Below, piece by piece: positions 28,920 through 32,000 of a stretch of 32,000 nt of DNA. The DNA lies in contig CAZPQQ010000007.1 of the NCBI GenBank assembly GCA_964588665.1, forward strand, positions 1 through 32,000, given 5' to 3'. Origin of the DNA: an uncultured Dehalococcoidia bacterium. GTDB lineage: Bacteria; Chloroflexota; Dehalococcoidia; Lucifugimonadales; UBA1123. The stretch's first letter is position 1. Each line of letters begins with the position of its first letter. Below the pieces are notes generated by a model. That model worked only from the letters and a program-made list of their open reading frames with translations. It did not search any database and had not been told where the DNA came from. The position numbers and the translations under genes are program-made.

Positions 28920-29882
28920 ATGGGTGTCACGATTATGGTTTCCGATCCGAACAACAAGTTGCTTAGCCTATCCGAGGCCGCCAGGCTGGTCGAGGACGGG
29001 TCGACAATCTGCCTGGCCGGGAGGACCGGCAGGGCCAATCACCCCATGGCGTTCGCCTATGAGCTCGCCCGACAGAGGGTTAAGAATCTCACGATCATCG
29101 CGGTGAACAACGGGCTCAGCATCGACCTGCTCTGCGGCGCCGGCTGCGTGAGCAGGGTTGAGTCGTCTTGCGTGGGCCTGGAAGAGTTCGGATTGGCCTC
29201 AAACTTCCGGCTAGGCGTGGAGACCGGCGAAATTGAGGTTCGGGAGTACCCGGAGGATCTGATAACTCCGAGGTTCTATGCCGCGTCACACGGCATGCCG
29301 TTCTACCCCGTCCAAGGTCTTTTCGGAACGGACATACTGAAATACAACGAAGACATCATCGAGGGAAGCAGCCCGATCGACGGGAAGCCGTTCAGCGCCC
29401 TCCCACCGGCGAAGCCGGACTGGGTGGTAATGCATGCCCCGATCGGAGACACGAGCGGCAACGTGGTGTTCTTCCTCGGATCGGGCTATTCGTCCCTTGG
29501 GGAACTGGAAGCAACCAGAACCACGCGGAACAACATCATTACCGTCGAGAAGATCGTACCCCACGATCAGATTTCGAAATACATCCCGACCCAGTTCCAG
29601 CGGGGCTACCTGCCTACAATCCCGGAGTTCAGGACGAGGGCCATCGTCGAAGCCCCGTACGGGACTCACCCCAGTTCCTCGACCGGCGTAACGGAGGCCG
29701 ACAACGATTTCATTACGATGTATGCCGCGGCCGGCAGAGCCAGGTTGAAGGGCGACCCCGGACCGTGGAATGCCTTCATGGACAAATACGTTTACGGCTG
29801 TGAGACTCATCAAGACTACCTAAATCTGCTCGGCGCTGACGTGCTGGCCAGGGTAAGGGATGTTGGAGGCGCCCTGATATGA
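28920..29882 (+). CDS. Class I CoA-transferase-like protein, subunit A (glutaconate-CoA-transferase / IpdA-like)
   Basis: LSLSEAARLVEDGSTICLAG start, NLTIIAVNNG, and PFYPV...GTD segments typical of CoA_trans alpha subunits. ATG at 28920 (or 28935). The track's 28836 start adds non-family residues. Confidence 0.8.
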   Translation: MGVTIMVSDPNNKLLSLSEAARLVEDGSTICLAGRTGRANHPMAFAYELARQRVKNLTIIAVNNGLSIDLLCGAGCVSRVESSCVGLEEFGLASNFRLGVETGEIEVREYPEDLITPRFYAASHGMPFYPVQGLFGTDILKYNEDIIEGSSPIDGKPFSALPPAKPDWVVMHAPIGDTSGNVVFFLGSGYSSLGELEATRTTRNNIITVEKIVPHDQISKYIPTQFQRGYLPTIPEFRTRAIVEAPYGTHPSSSTGVTEADNDFITMYAAAGRARLKGDPGPWNAFMDKYVYGCETHQDYLNLLGADVLARVRDVGGALI

Positions 29883-30640
29883 GCGATTACGAACCAACGA
29901 AATGGGAGATAATGGCCTCCATCATCTCCCACGAACTCAAAGACGGCGACGTCATGTTTCTTGGGATGTCGACCGGGGAGATCACGACGATCCTGCACAC
30001 GTATGTCCCGGGAGTCGGCCTGGCCCTGGCTCGAAGGTCCCACGCCCCCAACTGCTACATCACGTCCACGGATTCACTTCTGATGGAGAGGATTCTGGGC
30101 GACAACATGAAGGTGATCTCGGCCGCGAACATCTACCTAGGCGAGATTGACATCGGTTTGTCATCCTGTGCCCAGGTCGACAAGCACGGGAACCAAAACA
30201 TCGTGACCATTGGGGACTACGACAAACCCAGTGTCCGCCTGGTTGGCCCGATACTCCAGCCGACCCACCTTTCTTACATGAAAAGGGAGATCATAGCCGT
30301 CGACCATGAAGCCCGGAACTTTGTAGACAAGGTGGATTTCATCTCCGGCGTCGGACACCAAGATCTGGGGGACCTGTCTCGCGAGGCCATCGGATTGCCG
30401 GGAACCGGTCCGTGCATGATCATGACAGACCTTTGCATCTTCGACTTCCCCGCCGAAACCAAACTGGCGACGTTGAAGTGGACCTACCCCGGCGTCAGCG
30501 TGGACGATGTCAGGGAGAACACGAACTTCGTACACGACTACATCCCGGATAGGGTCAACACGGCGCCGCTGCCAACGCAAGAGGAAATCAGACTCATCAG
30601 GGAAGAGTTCGACCCAGACGCTCAACTGCTGCCACGCTGA
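29879..30640 (+). CDS. Class I CoA-transferase-like protein, subunit B (no ENG/ESG catalytic motif)
   Basis: ATGA start/stop overlap with subunit A (29879-29882). It has a beta-subunit-like length (253 aa) and layout (DGDVMFLGMSTGE..., QVDKHGNQN, PGTGPCMIMTDLCIFDF). Confidence 0.75.
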   Translation: MSDYEPTKWEIMASIISHELKDGDVMFLGMSTGEITTILHTYVPGVGLALARRSHAPNCYITSTDSLLMERILGDNMKVISAANIYLGEIDIGLSSCAQVDKHGNQNIVTIGDYDKPSVRLVGPILQPTHLSYMKREIIAVDHEARNFVDKVDFISGVGHQDLGDLSREAIGLPGTGPCMIMTDLCIFDFPAETKLATLKWTYPGVSVDDVRENTNFVHDYIPDRVNTAPLPTQEEIRLIREEFDPDAQLLPR

Positions 30641-30874
30641 CATGCTCCGGTAGTCGAGTCCCCGGCGCGGGCTTTTCGGAATCGCTTGAGGAGCCTGGCG
30701 CCTTAGCCGAACTCTAGCTTCGCTGTCACATCCTGTGCCAGGGCGATCTGTTGTTTCCAGTGCTGGCGCGCCCCTTTCTAGGTTGGCCGCTGGCGCGCCC
30801 CCGCGCTTCAAGCTCGAAGCGGACCTTTTACACGCGACCATCCGGCAATTGCCCTTCGGAGGAACTTGTACCAT

Positions 30875-32000
30875 ATGTCTACGTCCAACGATCGATGCCC
30901 CGCCCTCTCCCGCATCAGGATCTGCGATTTCACCGGCCAGCTCGCGGGCGCGGGCGCAACGAAGCTTCTCGCTACGTTCGGCGCGCAGGTGATCCGCGTC
31001 GAGGATCGACTCAGAGAAGGCGGATGGGACATCTTTCGTGGCACGGGACCCTGGCTGGACGAACGCCGAGGCGTCAGCCTGGGAGGAGCGTTCAACAACC
31101 ACAACGTCGAGAAGCTGGGCGTCACGCTCGACATGCGAAAGCCGGAGGCTGCGTCGATCCTCGCGGACCTGATTTCGGTCAGCGACGTGGTGACCGAGAA
31201 CTTTAGCATGGGTGTCTTGGATCGCTGGGGCTTCGGGTACGAGGCGATGAAGGCTCTGAAGCCCGACATCATCTACGTGTCGAACTCGGGTTTCGGACAC
31301 CAGGGGCCGTACGCGAGGTTCAAAACCTGGGGGCCGATCGTCCAAGCAGTGTCGGGGCTGACGTTTCAGTCGGGCGCTCCCGACATGCCGCCCGCGGGTT
31401 GGGGCTACTCCTACATGGACCATACCGGCGGATATCTGATGGCTATCGCGATTCTCATGGCCGTATATCACCGAAACAAGACCGGCGCCGGCCAGTGGGT
31501 CGACATGTCGTGCTCCGACGGCGCCGCAACGCTCAACGGGCCGGCGCTGCTGGACTTCACGGTCAACGGCAAACGCGTCCGACGACCGGGCAGTCCGAAC
31601 AGCAACCGCGGCCAATACCCGAAGATGGCGCCGCACGGCATCTACCGCTGCAAGGGCGACGACAGATGGGTGGCGATAGCGGTCCGCGACGACGCAGAGT
31701 GGCCGGTGTTCTGTGAAGCGCTCGGACGATCGGACCTGGCGGCGGACTCGCGCTACAAAACAGTTGACGGCCGCATCGAGGGTCACGACGAGCTCGACGC
31801 CGTCATCGAAGCATGGACCTCGACCCAGTCGAACTTCGACGTCATGGAGGCGCTTCAGGCCAAGGGCGTACCCGCCGGCGCGGTTCAGCTTCCCGAAGAG
31901 CGCATCGAAAATGACCCGAACACGGCAGCGTGGGGGCTGTTCCCGGAGGTCGAGCACGAGCAGATCGGTCGCGTCAGAGTCGACGGGACGCCGGTGAAGC
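30875..32000 (+). CDS. Family III CoA-transferase (CaiB/BaiF family), 3'-truncated by the window end
   Basis: My own translation from the ATG at 30875 (GGAGG at 30858-62) stays open to the window end. It reads MSTSNDRCPALSRIRICDFTGQLAGAGATKLLATFGAQVIRVED...DVVTENFSMGVLDRWGFGYEAMKALKPDIIYVSNSGFG...YMDHTGG..., the canonical family III N-terminal Rossmann-like signature. It is absent from the ORF track only because it has no stop inside the window. Confidence 0.85.
   Translation, partial: MSTSNDRCPALSRIRICDFTGQLAGAGATKLLATFGAQVIRVEDRLREGGWDIFRGTGPWLDERRGVSLGGAFNNHNVEKLGVTLDMRKPEAASILADLISVSDVVTENFSMGVLDRWGFGYEAMKALKPDIIYVSNSGFGHQGPYARFKTWGPIVQAVSGLTFQSGAPDMPPAGWGYSYMDHTGGYLMAIAILMAVYHRNKTGAGQWVDMSCSDGAATLNGPALLDFTVNGKRVRRPGSPNSNRGQYPKMAPHGIYRCKGDDRWVAIAVRDDAEWPVFCEALGRSDLAADSRYKTVDGRIEGHDELDAVIEAWTSTQSNFDVMEALQAKGVPAGAVQLPEERIENDPNTAAWGLFPEVEHEQIGRVRVDGTPVK

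Noticed and set aside
30161-31957. 598-aa minus-strand ORF, the longest ORF in this part of the track
   Set aside because: It is antisense to a clear family III CoA-transferase reading frame and overlaps the 3' end of the CoA-transferase B gene. Its composition (R/A/V/G-rich) is typical of shadow ORFs in high-G+C DNA, and it has no recognisable motifs.

Overview
High-G+C, gene-dense prokaryotic window, mostly minus-strand operons. I found no rRNA, tRNA, CRISPR array, transposase or integrase. The gene content points to a monoderm Chloroflexota genome of the marine or sponge-associated SAR202 type, but that is inference, not proof. The supporting content is paralogous luciferase-like (LLM) flavin/F420 oxidoreductases, an enolase-superfamily enzyme, class I-like and family III CoA-transferases, an MFS transporter, and lipoproteins with Pro/Ala-rich linkers. 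Layout: (1) 1-783, a Kelch-repeat propeller gene with an unclear 5' end. (2) 1.1-8.7 kb, a catabolic block: MBL hydrolase, beta-hydroxyacid dehydrogenase, enolase-superfamily enzyme, two LLM oxidoreductases and an MFS transporter, with structured REP-like repeats flanking the first LLM gene. (3) 8.8-22.3 kb, the most unusual part: six genes that all encode membrane-tethered extracytoplasmic proteins. These are three FG-GAP/ASPIC-UnbV (CRTAC1-like) seven-motif propellers, two PQQ-like propellers, and a five-CXXCH cytochrome c domain fused to a His-bearing 5-TM module. One CRTAC1-like propeller is fused to TPRs plus an unrecognised 420-aa tail, and another to a COG0701/ArsP-like permease. One PQQ-like propeller has a cytoplasmic zinc ribbon. 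I propose this as an uncharacterised cell-surface redox or binding system. (4) 22.7-27.9 kb, a peptide/nickel-type ABC importer locus with a binding protein and two permeases but no ATPase, led by an internalin-like LRR lipoprotein, in visibly lower G+C DNA. (5) 27.9-28.9 kb, about 1 kb of non-coding DNA containing palindromes and a perfect tandem duplication. (6) 28.9-32.0 kb, a class I CoA-transferase-like A/B pair whose B subunit has no ENG/ESG motif, then a family III CoA-transferase that runs off the window. The ORF track misses this last gene and shows a 598-aa antisense shadow ORF instead. Many long ORFs in the track are antisense shadows typical of high-G+C DNA.
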